From Vicugna vicugna (Eukaryota), in the NCBI GenBank assembly GCA_013265495.1, contig MU058844.1, positions 6,137,260 through 6,201,259 on the forward strand: a stretch of DNA of 64,000 nucleotides, in the 5' to 3' direction. The notes beneath the pieces were generated by a model. It ran no database searches and had not been told where the DNA came from. It saw only the letters and a list, made by a program, of their open reading frames with translations. Shown one piece after another: positions 24,610-38,549 of the stretch. Every line of letters starts with the position of its first letter. Positions within the stretch are counted from its first letter, which is position 1. The position numbers were made by a program, and so were the translations under genes.

Positions 24610-24697
24610 ACCAACCCTACAAAGTAGGTATTATGATTCTAACCTTTTAGTTTAATAAGCAAACACAGACAGATAAAATAAGGCATAAGCTCTTGCT

Positions 24698-24770
24698 CTC
24701 AGAAGGGCCCTGCACTTGGTTTAAATCTCTGCTGTTTCCAGCTCGAAATTCTTAATTTTATCTTGGAAGG
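24698..24770. mobile_element. MER91-like (hAT-Tip100) fragment
   Basis: AGGGCCCTGCACTTGGTTTAAAT.TCTGCTG...GAAATTCTTAAT. Confidence 0.55.
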
Positions 24771-24899
24771 TGAAGTGAAGTTTATGAGGGGCAGTTACAT
24801 ACAAGTGCAAGTTCTTGCTCAGGGTCATGGGCCCTCAGCAAGTACTAAGCAGTTGGCCTGGTGGCCCCACCATAAAGGTTCCAGTCTCAGGGCAGTTTG

Positions 24900-25273
24900 G
24901 GACACACAGGATCTAGTTAGCTGAGCCCTTTAAAACAGTCCCTGAAAGAAGAAAGCTGGAGCAGTGGGCACACTCACCTGCTGGCCTGGAAGAAGCCACA
25001 GACACGTTTTGAACCACCAATGAAAAGAACAGCGTCTAGAAGTTGCGAGTCTCAGTCCTAAAAATGCAATTCTGCCAGTAACTTGAATGAACTTAAAGAG
25101 GACCCCGAGCTTCAGGTGAGACTGCAATGCTGGCTAACATCTTCCTGGCAGCCTTGCAATCATTTGAGAAGCCCAGATTCCTGACCCCTGTAAACAGCAA
25201 GATAATAAATAGGTGTTGTTTTAAGCACTATTTGAGGTAATTTGTTATGTAGCGATAGAAAACTAACCCAACA
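24900..25273 (+). mobile_element. MaLR LTR (MLT1E/F-like)
   Basis: CTGCTGGCCTGGAAGAAG, AATTCTGCCAGTAACTTGAATGA, AGATAATAAATAGGTGTTGTTTTAAGC...TTTGTTATGTAGCGATAGAAAACTAA. Confidence 0.75.
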
Positions 25274-26169
25274 GTCACGAAATGTGCTGAAACATCATTG
25301 TAATGAGGCCATTATAAAAACATTATCACCCGCAGTTTTATAGAGAACTTAAAATTTAAATGTTTAAATATTTATTTTCAGTTACTTATGATGTTTACAC
25401 AAATGTAGACACATGCCTATATTCATATGTTTGTACACTTGAGAAGCCCTGAAGTGAAAAATTCACTGCACTCAAATAACAGCTGTCAAGTTACAAAATC
25501 CAACATAGACTGGCTCCAGGTCAGGCTTATCCCAGAATTGCTAAGTATCACAACTTGTAGGCACTTGCCCATTTTAAAACCATGACTGTATCAGCGTAGG
25601 CCCTGTTCTATCTTAGGTCACATGGCATGAATTCAGGATGGGGTGTAACAGCACAATTCTGTGTAAATAGCAGGTGAGCTATTGATAGAAGTTTTTTTGA
25701 AGTTTGGGTGGATGAAAACTATAAAAACCAGGAATAATTTTATGCAGTTTGTATCCACAATGAATAATTTATCAGGGAAGAAAGGCCATAATTATTTACA
25801 GGAATCATAAAGGTCATCAAACAGGAGGGATCAGACAGTTAAATCTATCAGCTTGGGCTCCTCATCTGCTCTGAACTAAGACAGAGGGCGTCTGGCAGTC
25901 AATTGACTCAAAAAGGAGAAGCCAGTGTAGTGCGTTGGAGCCACAGTTCTCTCCAGATAGAGTGGGCCTAGCCAGGGGTCCTGTGAAAATACGATATTCC
26001 TAATTTTATGGCTTTGCTATAGTATTCATGATGTGGCTACCAAATGGGGACTTCATCAGGCATTAAAACTACAGGAAAACGTGCCTGTAATTGCACTAAT
26101 ACAACTGGAGAAAGGGTTATTTGGTTATATGGATGTCAAGCACAGAAGAAACAACATTTTTAAAGATTC

Positions 26170-26380
26170 AATAACAGTAAGATAACAATAGCTAACATTT
26201 ACTAGACATGTAGTCTGCACTGGGCACTGTTCTTAACTGATCTCAATTAATTCTTCAGTTAGATTTACAGTGTTTCCATTTTGCAGGTGAGGAACTAAGG
26301 AAAGAGAGGTCAAATAACCAAATTAAATAACAGAGCTAAGATTTGGGCCCCAAAAGACACGCTCTAGTCCCTGAGATCTT
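26170..26380 (-). mobile_element. MIR SINE
   Basis: AATAGCTAACATTTACT, CCATTTTGCAGGTGAGGAACTAAGG..AGAGAGGT (antisense MIR core). Confidence 0.7.
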
Positions 26381-26489
26381 ACCTTTCAAGAATGTATCTG
26401 AGTATGATCGGTGATCTCCAGGCCAAGTAGGACAGCTCCTTGCATAACCCATCTCGTCTGTCTGACTTTCAAACACATGGAATTAATTG

Positions 26490-28220
26490 ATTTTTTTTAA
26501 AGTGAAACTTTTAATTCTGTAATCATTTTAGATTTATAGAAAAGATGGATTTAGTACATGGAACTCACATATGCTCTTTTATCCATCTTCCCTAATACTA
26601 ACTTCTCACCTTTCCTTAGTACATTTGCCAAAACTAGGAAATTATCATTGGAACATCATTATTAACTAAATTACAGACTGTATTAGACTTTTTAAAACAC
26701 TGTTTTAGAGAAGTTTTAAATTGACCAGAAGACACAGAGACTTTCCATATATGCCCTGCACCCAAACAGATACAGCCTCCCCCATGATCAAGGGGTGCGT
26801 TTGTTACAATTGACGAACCTATATTGACCCATAGTTATCACTGAAAGTCCATAGTTTACACGAAGATTCACTCTTGGTGTACATTCTATGGGTTTGGGGA
26901 ATGTATGATTGTAGAAATCTTCTACACAGAGTGTCACAGATAGAGAGTATCAAACAGTTTCACTGTCCTAAAAATCCTCTGTGCTCTGCCTGTTCATCAT
27001 TCCCTCCCCTTTCACCCCTGACAGCCACAGATCCTTTCACTGTCTCTAGTTTTGCCTTTTCCAGAATGTCACATAGTTGGACTCGTACAATGTAGAGTCT
27101 TTATAGATTGGTGTCTTTCACTTAGTAATATGTATTTAAGGTTCCTCTGTGTCTCTTCATGATGTTATAGCTTGTTTCTTTTTAGCACTAAGTAATATTC
27201 CCTTACCTGGATGTACCACAATTAATTTTATTCATTCATCTATTGAAGGACGTTTTGGTTGCTTCCAAATTCGGGCAGTTATGAATAAAGTTGCTATAAA
27301 CATCCATGTGCAGGTTTTTGTGGGGGCACATTTTCATATGCTTACTTGTCATCTGTAGATCTTTGGTGAAGTGTCTGTCAGGTCTCTTGCCTATTTTTTA
27401 ACTCAGTTATTTGTTTTCTTATTGTTGAGTTTTAAGAGTTCTTTATATAGTTTGTATAACAGTCCTTTATCAGATAAGTCTTTTATAAATATTCTCAACC
27501 TGTCTGAGGCTTGTCTTCTCATTCTGTTGATAATGTCTTGCATAGAGCAGAAGTTTTTCATTTTAATGAAGTCTGGCTTATTAATGATTATTTTATATAT
27601 CATGTCTTCAGTGTTGTATCTAAAAATTCATTGCCAAATCCAAGGTTATCTAGATTTTTCCCTGTTACCTTCTAAACGTTTTATAGTTCACATTTAGGTC
27701 CATGATTCGTTTTGACTTAATTCTGAAGGGTGTAAGGTCTGCATCTAAGTTCATTATTTTTGCATGTGGATGTCTAGTGTTTCAGAATCATTTGTTGAAA
27801 AATTGTCTTTTATCCATTGTATTGATTTTCCTCCTCTCCTAATGGACTATATTTATAAGGGTCTATTTCTGGGCTCTCTGTTAAAAAGGAGAGTATGTGT
27901 ATACGTTACCATTTGGGATTCTTCTTATCCCCATTCATTTATTTAAGCAATAATTCATTTATATAAATGTGTATTCAAATCTATTTATTTTATACTTTGA
28001 ATGATAATCTGGTACTACTGGGCTTATTTTGTTGCTAAAACTATCCCAGTTTTCGCCATTGGGAGCATTTTTAAATTGGTGGCTGTGTTACTTTTATGTA
28101 CACCAATGCTTTTTTTTTTTTCCAGCTTTAACTTATTTTCTGGCACTTTAGTGCTTTAGTGCTAGAATCAGCCATTTCTTCAAGGAGCCCTTGTTTCTTT
28201 TAATGGAAAATGGTACTTAT
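26490..28220 (-). mobile_element. Nested old L1s: L1MC1-like 3' end (~26690-27880) within or adjacent to L1MC4/5-like 3'UTR pieces
   Basis: TTTGTTACAATTGACGAACCTATATTGAC, AAGTCCATAGTTTACA; ORF 27403..27603(-) IKMKNFCS...DKGLLYKLYKELLKLNNKKTNN is ORF2; AATCAGCCATTTCTTCAAGGAGCCCT. Confidence 0.8.
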
Positions 28221-28309
28221 TGTCCTTTGAACATCAATAACACTCAACAATCCCAAGACCCATTCTATTCCTAACCCCTGCCCCTGCAACACTGCTGATA
28301 GAACAGGAC

Positions 28310-28750
28310 GAACAGGGTTCTATCACAGTAAATGATATGCTGTCCTTCCTGGTGCCCAGATGAAAAACCTAGGCTTCGTCACTGAGTCTTCATGCTCCTT
28401 TAGGCCACATATAAAACAAAAAATAATTTTTTTGTTATATTTCACTGCAATGTCCTCTTATCTTGTCACTCTGCCTCACAACTTGCCTTATTCCAATCTG
28501 TTTTCACATTGCAACAAAATGATGGTAAACTCTACTATCAAGTGATTGATGACACCTAGAAAAATTGGTCCTAATTATCTCATCATTCCTACCTGGCATC
28601 GCTTCCTACCACCCATCCAACCATCAAGTGCTTCATTCTGTCTTACCTCCAGTCTTCACCCATGTGGTTCTCTGCTTGAAACACTCTTCCCTGACCTTGA
28701 CTCGGCTCAGCAGTATTCACCTTCCAAGTTATAGCTTAAGTTTCACTTTC
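28310..28750 (+). mobile_element. L2 fragment
   Basis: TGCCCAGATGAAAAACCTAGGC; pyrimidine-rich decayed sense L2. Confidence 0.45.
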
Positions 28751-29655
28751 ATGTCCTACTGTGGATATATATATTACTGTAGCAATCCAAAAAGAAAAGT
28801 AATAATTCATACAAAATTTGAAATGCGTATTTTTATCTTCCATTCGTAGAACAACCTATGGTTAATGAATGATCATATATGAGAGAAAGAGAAAGTCAAC
28901 ACAATTTTTGAAAAGAAATCCATATGTCTTTATGACCAAGTAATATGTGCATATCATTTTACTATGAAAGCTATTTGTAATATTAAGATTGGATTTAGTT
29001 TACTTCTTCCTATAAATAACATTATATTCCCTGAGAGAGCTTAATAAGTAAGAACATACTATTTTATTAGTGATAATAACGATGATCATTTTTGGAAAAT
29101 GACAGAGTAGAATTCTCAGTAAAATCCCAAGCATCATATATCATTATCTAAGTAGTTAGGAATCAGCTTGGGCATTTTTCATGAGCATGTGTAGTCTTGT
29201 GCTTTGAAAGTTAAAAAGACTGCTATATTTTCTTAGTTTGTTGGGGTACATAGATAAGACAGGCACATGATTATTATTGTGCTGAACTTTATTTTAGTTG
29301 GGTTTTAAGGTAAGTGTATGTACATTCCAATTTTTCAGTTTAACCTAGAAAGTTTGTTCCAGGCATCAAAGTTGGAACAGTAATGTAGTATATAGTTCAG
29401 TGGTAAGCAAAGCCTTGTCTGACAGAACTAATTTCTGCATCTACCTTCTCTAATATCCAAGAATCTTTCCTTTATCATCATCTCTTTTAAGCCTTTTGTA
29501 AGAATACACATGGTTTATAAATATACTCAAGGTATAATGTTTCCTTTGAAAGGTAACCTATTCAGAGAAAAAAAATTGTAATCTTATGGCCAACCCGAGA
29601 AAACAAGTTCCTGAGGACATGGGCTTGGGGCATGAGATTTCTATATATGTGTAAA

Positions 29656-29696
29656 TGTGAGTGAGTGTGAGTGAGTGAGTGTGTGTGTGTGTGTGT
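29656..29696. repeat. (GAGT)n/(GT)n compound microsatellite
   Basis: GTGAGTGAGTGTGAGTGAGTGAGTGTGTGTGTGTGTGTGT. Confidence 0.9.
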
Positions 29697-31722
29697 AAGA
29701 GCTGTCACCCAAATGAGAGTTTAATAGGAGTAGATTAAAGGATTGGTCAATCCACCAGGCTTAAGATAGTTTATGTCAATAAATAACTGATGAACCTAGT
29801 ACTTTACCATCAAACTATCCATAAAGAAAAACAAAAGACCACAGTATAAAATTAAGCATCTAAAAATATATATGTTATGCATCAAGTCCCTCTTTGGGAA
29901 GTAGAAGAACTATGAACATATGCATCCTTTTCTCAAACAAATTACAATACAGTCCGAATACAGTCAGAAAGTTAAGAAAAACATACTTAAACTGACAGCA
30001 AATAACATACTATGCAGCATAACTAGGTGCAAATCAAATGTGATGACTCTAAAAGCTCTAGGAAGTGGGTGAGAAGATATTTCCAAGCTATTGCTCAAAA
30101 ATTTTTTACAGTGAGCTTGAAACTTACATGTGTCTGGAAGACACATAGGGTCAGAGGGGGGAATGGGAAGATATTCCATATGGAAAGCAAAGGCAAGCTG
30201 GAAGGTAGAGAGAGAAAGGTTTAAACACGGCAGGTTTATAAAATCATGAGGCTTACCTGAATCCGGCTTTGTAAAGCTTGCTGAGGTCACAGTAAACACT
30301 AACATTTGTATAAGTATAAATTTCAGTGTACTTTAAAGAAGTTGCTTACTTGTTTTGGATTCTAGTCTCAGACTTCTAATTACTAACTCAAAATGACCAT
30401 TTAATAGAGCTAAGCCTGACGTTTTACATCTGCAAAACTGCAGTAATTTTTCCTGCTAGTCTGGCAAGGTAACCTGTGAGTGTTATATAAGACTACATAT
30501 AAAACTGTACTAATGCCATAATCATGAGCATATAATCCTATTAATTCTAACTTGTCTTTTCCTATACAGATATTCAATCTTTTAAATAGGGAAATCAAAA
30601 TAATGCACAAAGGTACAATTAAAAAGTAATAGAATATCTTACGAAAGTGCAAGTGAGGTAGTAATCAGTATTCCTGGCTTATTCCTTGTTCACGGGATGT
30701 TGTCAGTCTCTAATTCTAAAACTGGATTCACTGCAGCCTACAAGTGGATTTTAATAATAAAGATTAAATCATGTGCAGGTAAAAACTCGTTTGCGTTGCT
30801 CCAAAACCACCAGGGGAAAATATCTGGAGCACAAGTGAAAGCACGTTGGAAATTAATATGCCTTTAATAATAATTCAACACAATTATGTCCTATATCCAC
30901 TGCATTTTAATTCCTTGAAATGCAGAGATTTTCATTTAAGAATTTAAAACTGTACTATCAGCTTTAATTCTATTTCAGTCTGCTAAAAAGTATGATTATT
31001 ATCATTCCAACTGCTCTCTTTTATCTCAAAGTAACAGTTTAACCGGAATTTGAATGTTTAGTGGTAAATCATTTTTGCGGAGTTTTTATATTAATGAATT
31101 AAAATTGTTTCTCATGTTAATTTCTGTTATCTTAGTAAAACTTTACTGCCATTTACTGCAAGTAGTCTACTGCTCAACAAGATTGCCTTATTTTCCTGTC
31201 TGATCCAGAGCAGAATATTCAATCTGTGTGATACAAAAATTGTCTATTCCATCACATATGACTTAAGTTTCCTCTGAAATGAGCTCTGGGATGATTGTTT
31301 CTTGGAAGAAGTGCTTTTGAGAATTACTTTCTCCAATTTCCAGTCGTTTTTCTTACACAGTAATTCTTTTAAACATTCGTTTTTCTTTTATTTCTGTTGT
31401 TCCTTCATTTCTTAGACATTCACCTCTAACCTTACCTACCTGAAGGTTAATTTTTATACAGAAAGAAAAAAGTTCTCAAGAGTAATTGTATTCAATCAAA
31501 AGCAAATGTCAAAATTCCCAGTATCTTAATTGAGCCTGATATAGTTGGTATATCTTATATTTACTAACTATATCCTAGTTACCTACAAAATATGTCCCAT
31601 AAATATTCCATAGGTCCTTATCATCTGGTTGAGTAAGGATGCTTATAAATAAATGAGGCCAAAAAATGTAAGTAGGTACATTACGGGCATCATTTTTATG
31701 ATTTAGGACATTTTATATTAAG

Positions 31723-31939
31723 TTATGGTTCTCAGCCAGGAACAGTTTCATCCCCCCAGGGGACACCTGGCAATGTTTGGAGACATTTTTGATCATCGTA
31801 ACTGAAGTGGCACTACTGACATCCAGTGAGTAGAGTCCAGGATGCTGCTAAACATTCTGCAGTGCATGGGAGGGTCCTCCACCACAAAGAATTACCTGAT
31901 CTAAAATATTCTTAATAATGTCAAAGTGGAGAAACCCTG
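31723..31939. mobile_element. MER20 hAT-Charlie MITE, near full length
   Basis: TGGTTCTCA..., CCCCCAGGGGACA.CTGGCAATGTTTGGAGACATTTTTG, GGATGCTGCTAAACAT, CACAAAGAATTA; ends GAGAAACCCTG. Confidence 0.9.
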
Positions 31940-32569
31940 ATGTATTGGGAACTTATGATCCCCACAATTTTTCAAATTGCTGTTTTCCTCCTGATGAAGA
32001 CGGACTTGCACATTTTATTTTTAGTTCCAATAGCTCCTTTATACATTAGTCCAAATTGAGGTGTGTAGTTCTCCACTTCATCACATCATCCACTCTGTGA
32101 AGCACATCTAACAAGAAAGCTGCTGGTTCCCTAATGGCATGGATCACTCTAAATTGTCTAGAGAGAAAAGGGGATGGGGAACATTTACGTGCATCACATC
32201 TCTAATAATGATGGCTATCACTGCTTTATAAATCATATTAGTGGGCTGAAAGGGGAGATGAGAATATCCTGTACAATTTACACATTAATGTAGTACTTAG
32301 CAATCCAATACATTTTGTTTCACTTTTAGTGACCAAAAAGTTTTGGCAAGTTAAATAACCTATATGACCTTTACTTTCGCACTAATAATACAGCAACAAC
32401 AATAGTAGTAGTAGTAACAGTAATAATTAGACCCTGTTGGTTTTGTGAAGATTTAAGATGCACACATATTATGCTTGAGACATAATATGTGTTTGGTAAG
32501 TTATAATAAATTTCCAAAAGTCTGTGTCACACAGCAAATTTAGTCCGATTTCTTTTCTGGTATAGCCAA

Positions 32570-33680
32570 TGACTTACCTGTTATCTTTTAGACTTGAAAG
32601 TCTAAAAGCAAACTAGACTCAATATGTTAAATCAAATTCTTTTCCCTCCAAAACCTGCTTTCTTTCTCCCGTGTTCCCTATGTAGTGAAGTCCATAGAAT
32701 TTGTTCCAATCAGAAGCCGTGGAGTCATCCTACACTCAACTTTCACGATTATTTTCCATATCCAGCAAATCACTGGCGGCTTGCTCATCTACTCATTTAG
32801 TTGTACTTGAGATGAGTCCATTTCTATTTCACTCCCTTATTTTAGGCCGTTATCGTCTCTCTAAAGGAAAGTGATAGCAAGGACCCCTTAAGTCACATCC
32901 TTGGCCTTCTTCACCTAATTTCCCCACTAATCTGTCTTTCCACATGGAAACCAGAGTGGTTTAAGATCAGATCATGTATTTCCCTCGCTTACAGGCGTTC
33001 AGTGGCTCCCCATTGTTCTTAAGTTGAAATCCACAACACTTAACCTAAGTTACCAGTTGGTTTAAATTAAAATTTTATAGGTACTAAAAATTTCTTATAT
33101 TCTTTCCTGTAAGGATCAACAATAGATAGCCTATAAAATGAAAACATAATTGTTAGGAAATATAACAATATTGATTTTATTTTCATAATGACTAATTTTA
33201 ATAGCTTTCTTTCAAAGGTAGTCTTTCCCTACCCTTTTGCTCTGGACTGGCCTCTTTTTGCTGGTGCAGTAAGCACACGTTGAATACACCTAAGAGATAA
33301 CTAAGCACCCGGGCTATTCTTGAGATTCCAGCTTTACTTCTCAGTTCTTCTTCCAACTATTTCCCTCACACTCTCCAGGACATGTGCCCAGACATTAAGG
33401 TTGCAATTCTCTGTCTTCCCCAGGGGCATTTATAATCGCTGTTCCCTCTGATTTGAAAACTCTGTCATCTCCTCTTTTGTTAGCTAATTCCTGCTCTACT
33501 CCTAAAGTACAACTTACAGCAGTTTCTCCAAACAGGCTTCCCCAATCTTTTCTTCCCTCAAACACCAAGTTCAGGCCATACTTCTACAGTTGCATGCTAC
33601 CTTGTATTTACTGCTAAGACAGCCCTCCTTACCCAACTTTTAGCTACTTAATTATATTTCTTACAGGTAAACATTGTCTT
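32570..33680 (+). mobile_element. L2 fragments (discontinuous)
   Basis: CAAAACCTGCT, GGAGTCATCCT, CAGATCATGT, CAGTGGCTCCCCATTG, GCTAATTCCTGCTC. Confidence 0.6.
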
Positions 33681-33688
33681 TTCTGTCT

Positions 33689-33985
33689 CAGGGATCAGCA
33701 AAATCTGTTCTACTGCTTATTTCACTGTCTCACAAGCAAAAATGGTTTTAAACTTTTTTAAATAGTTGGGAAAAAAATCAAAAGGAAATTATTACCTCCA
33801 GATCTATAAAAATGTTATGAAATACACATTTCAATGTTTTTAAGGCTTTAGCTGTAACAGATGCACTTCTATTCATTTACGTGTTATCTATTACTGCTTT
33901 GTATTATACCTACAGAGTAGTTGCAGCAGGGGAAAGCCTGAAACATTTACTATCTGGTGCTTTACAAATGGTTTGCCAACTGCTG
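33689..33985. mobile_element. MER58B-like hAT-Charlie MITE
   Basis: TIRs CAGGGATCAGCAAA and TTTGCCAACTGCTG; AAGCCTGAAACATTTACTATCTGG; degenerate 8-bp TSD TTCTGTCT / GTCTATCT (6/8). Confidence 0.8.
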
Positions 33986-36900
33986 GTCTATCTTATCAGA
34001 TGTCAGTTTCCTTAAGGGAGGAAGTGCGTTTTTCCAATTGCATTTCAGACATTTGCTGCTTAGCATATATTTATTAGATGAATGAGTGACTTAATGAAAG
34101 AATAGTGAATGGGGTGGTAATAAATGAATGCATTCAAGATGCGAGTTAACTTACTCTCCTTTCAATGAGAGAAATATCAACTCTGTCTAAACTGAGCAAA
34201 AAATGGAATTTATTAGGAGGAAACAGGTTATGTCACAAAATAAAAGATAAAGCTGAGGAATTAGGCTTTAGAGAGGAGGAGAGGATAGGAATTGAATGGC
34301 TCTTTAGATCTTGGTAGAGGGAACTAGTAGATAATCTCATTGAAACAAAATGGTTGATCCTGAATCTACATTTGGCTCAGAGTTCATGTTTCCAAGAGAG
34401 AGAATCTGTCCACACCTTGGCTAGAAAAAGTGATCTATTTGGCAGTGCCATTCAGATATACGGTCCTGGAGAAGATGTTATCAACAATACTGTGTGTAAA
34501 GGAAAATCAGTGTTCTATTACTAGAATCAAGAGTAGTGTTAACACTCGGTAAAAAACAAAATGTCAGGATATATCTTACAATGGAGGAAAATGGGAGTCA
34601 GAAGATGATTTTAAGTGGAAATACCTGAAAACTAGACTACAGCTGCCTGCAGAACATCTTCCTTCTATTATATTGAAAAACAGTTTAGTCGTGATTATCT
34701 TAACTCAACTCTCATGAATTAACTAGCTTGGTTCCAACATTATTGTTGAATGTGAAAGTATAGATGGCATCATTCATAACATATACCAAGTATAACACGC
34801 CCACCTGCCAATTCAATACGAGAAGATAAACCATTATTCTATTTATCAGAGCTTTCAAAATAACTATGAGACAAGGGCTGGATTGTGACTTAGTGTACGG
34901 TGATAAACATAGTGGCTAGGTCAGAAACGTGAAATTATCCAAATCTCAAACATTTTTGTGATAAAGAGGCTAACATGGCACGTTAATAGCATGATGAGAG
35001 ATGAGATGTCTCTAACAGTGAGAAAAATACAAAGGAAAAACACTTAGAAAGAAATGAGCATTAATAATCGCAGTATTACTCATCTTCTAGTATTTCTCTG
35101 TTCATTCATTCAATGAGTACTACCTGTACTCCATGCTAACTGTGACACATCTCACATTAAGGGACTGTCCTATATGCTGTTAAGCTGGAACTTTCTGAAA
35201 AATTATATTCCTCTCTGAATGAAGCTGTACTGACAGCATTCTGAGATCATTTAGACCACTCACTACAATTATCTGATCCTCTTGCCAATTGGGTATTACA
35301 TATTTTAATCTTTCAGCTTTTATGTTTTCAATTCACAAGTGCTAAGTTTTTGAAACATACACTTTGAGAATTCCCTAAAAAACTCATATGCAGCCCAACT
35401 GGGGTTTTCATTATCATTGACATTTCCCAGATAAATTACCCTAAGTCTTGGACTTTCTTCTTAACAGTGACTTCACAAAAATGTCTCTCTTGCAACAGTT
35501 TCTCTCCTTAAGAGAAAAAGACAGCCATTTAAAATACTTATGTAATAACCAAGCACTTTGTAGTCTTTCCAGTTACTCGAACCATATCTACTCAAAAAAA
35601 CTTTAGAAAGCCAACTTAGTGCTTAATGATTTTTGGTCTCTGAGAAAGAAAAAAAAAATTCAACTTAACTTTGTATGTCCATTTAGCTTCTGTTGTAAAG
35701 AAAATTAAATTATCTTTATGAGGCAAGACACTTTACCACATGTAGATTGTAGACATAGTACTATTTAGCTGATAAAAGATAAGAAGCAGGTCATTTCACT
35801 TTTACTGTGACTACTTTCTACATAACAGAATCCCTGTCTACTTGTTCAGCAAGTCACTGAACAATTACTGAACATTTAAAGCAAACTGACATCCTCACTA
35901 GCCAAACATTTTGTTATAATTTTCTATGTGGATTATGATATGTTTCAAACCAGACTATACAAAATCATTCTGTCTCCTAATGTCTTTGCTATCAATGTTG
36001 ACTTTTCTGGTCATATGTTTTTATTAGTGTCTGCCAATAAAGTTATAATGCAACCTAGTTCCATTTTTAGATTTTTACCTAGAAAAACAATATTTTCATC
36101 CCAAATATAAACATCATATACTTCTGAAAGTATTCTTGGAGACTTTTTTACCTGTAAGTATAATTATAGTTTTACTCAATAATTTTGGTTGATTTAAATG
36201 TTACAGTTCAGCAATAGCTCATTTTGATGAGAGATCTTTCCTAAGTGTTATGTTTGAGTAATCTCTTTATAATCTCGTGATTTTAGTACTAGGTACAATT
36301 TTCACATTTACTTCTGATTTGTTATGAATCTTTTCTTGGTATTTTTGTATGACTCCAATATAACGTATGTATCCTACAGAGCCGGAAGTAAAAGACTATC
36401 ATCATTATCTTTCTTTAAATACTTTCTAGAATGCCCACATATAGACACAGGAGATACTATTTGGGAACTTTATTTGGGGTCTTTTCTCAAAAGTTTAAAT
36501 TCCACAATAGAACATATAAAATGTTTTTCTCATGAAACTTTTTAAATTAATGACTTATTATTGTTTTATTTTAACAAACAAAAAGGGCTTTTTAAAAATT
36601 AAAGGAAAACCACCTTGTCTCAAAATATCAAATTAAATAATGTGTCTATTTGTACTTAGTAATAGAAATCACTTCCCTTCTAGTTATATATTTCAATGAA
36701 AAATACTCCATAATACTGTTCCATGGTATATAGAACAGTGCTCACTACAACACAGCAGTACCTGCCTTGAGATATTTTAAGATTAACTTCTCTGAGCTGT
36801 TCCCAAGACTGCTGAGAAAACTTTGATTCATTCAAATTATTTTCATCTTATTCGAAAGCATGCTTCAATTTTAACTAAGAGACAATTATATAGTTTAATA

Positions 36901-38171
36901 TTTCATCATGAAAAATGTATTCATCATTTCTTCTCAAATCATGGATTTAGAGTAGAAAGGTCAAGCAGGTATGAATGTAAAAAGATAGCTATCAGTAAAA
37001 CCCTTCGTTTGCAATGGTAAATAATGTAATCTATTTGGAACTCAGTTTCCTTATTTCAAAAAAATCAGGGGACTGAACTAGATATCTGGTCACTTTATTT
37101 TAAAATTATTGTATAGTTTTTAAATCAAATACCATAAAAATAAGGAAAAAGGAAAAAGGCAATGATTTCTTAAAATTTTTTTGGTATGAAATTACATTCG
37201 GTGTATTTTGAAATGGTAATATATTCTTTCATATAATAGAGTTCTTTGTAAGAACAAGGATAAATTATTAGAAGAAATCTGAACTATCTTGGCATGGGTC
37301 AAGACTTAAGAAATCGTTAAAGCCTACAAGTTAAAGACAGAAAAAACATTAAAAGGGCAGCCAGTTGCCAAGGAACCACTTTCCTTTCTATAGAAGCTTA
37401 TAAGTAATACTCATTCTGTAATGCATGTAATAAAGTGTTTAAAAACACTTGTAATAAATATGTTTCTAAAAAACCAAAAAAAAATTTGTTTAAATGCTTA
37501 TGAACTACACTGTCTCAAGTATTTCATGTCATACCTATTTCACTGCTTTACTCACATAAGGAAAACACTTTTATGGATTGTAGTGTTTATTGATAATACA
37601 ATAAAGTGTATATCAAGTCTTTAATAAAATCAGGCTGTTAAAAGATGGCATAATATCTTAGGGATCAGTAATATGAAATGTAAAAAGACACTGAAATAAA
37701 TTATCATGTAAGTATGTTTACCTACTTTTTTCCAAAACTGATTTACCATTTTGTATTAAAAAATAAAGTGCACTGACTAATAGGTTAAATGCCCCTATCA
37801 TTATGATGTTAGGAAGGGTAACTGTATACATCTGCCTTCCACCAAGTGCCCCCCATGCCAACTCCCAAAGATACTTTGGTGCATCGACTTCAAAAGCTTG
37901 GGTATTGCTGATTGCATTGTTTTTGTCGTTGTTGTTGTTGTTAGCTTTATTTGGCTTGGTGAACATTGTGTTTTAACACCATTGCCCTTCACTTCATAAA
38001 AATGAAGAAACAAAAAAAAAAAATGCGGAGAAATTCACAAAACTTACTGTCCCTACTCACTCCGTTTTCCTCTCTAGCTCTCTCTACTTTCCTGTTTCTT
38101 TCTACCCTCCCACTTTCTCCCTTTCTTTTTGTTTCTTTACTTTTATTTCTGTTTTTTGTCCAGTGCACAAA

Positions 38172-38400
38172 ATGTGGGAGGCAGAGTAAAGTCTAATGGT
38201 TAAAAGCAAGGCTCTGAAGTTGAACTGCTTGGATGAAAATGTGAGGTCCACCATTTTGTCAATGATTTTGAACAGGTTACTTGTTCTTTGTCCCAATTTT
38301 CTCATCAGTAAAATTGAAACAGATATTTTGAAAGGTTTTTGCTAAGACGACCATGATTTAATATATGTGAAATACTTTTCACAGTAATTAGCACATAACT
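38172..38400 (+). mobile_element. MIR SINE
   Basis: ATGGTTAAAAGCAAGGCTCTGAAG head, TTTCTCATCAGTAAAAT core, ATATATGTGAAATACTT tail. Confidence 0.75.
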
Positions 38401-38549
38401 ATGGCTGAATTCTTAATAGTTCTTATAACATGTACACATGGGGAAGGTGAAGAAGCCTGGGAGAAACTATCGGGTGTGATTCCTGCAAATCCTGACTTAA
38501 GACCTAAGAGCTAAGAATAAGGTATTCATGATGCCATATTTAAAAAGCC

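Noticed and set aside
30807..30820. CTCF-like CCACCAGGGG
   Set aside because: The essential 3' part (GCGC/GCAG) is replaced by AAAA.
32571..32580. Perfect minus-strand splice donor CAG|GTAAGT
   Set aside because: It falls at the edge of a decayed L2 with no matching acceptor or ORF; such matches are expected by chance in 64 kb.
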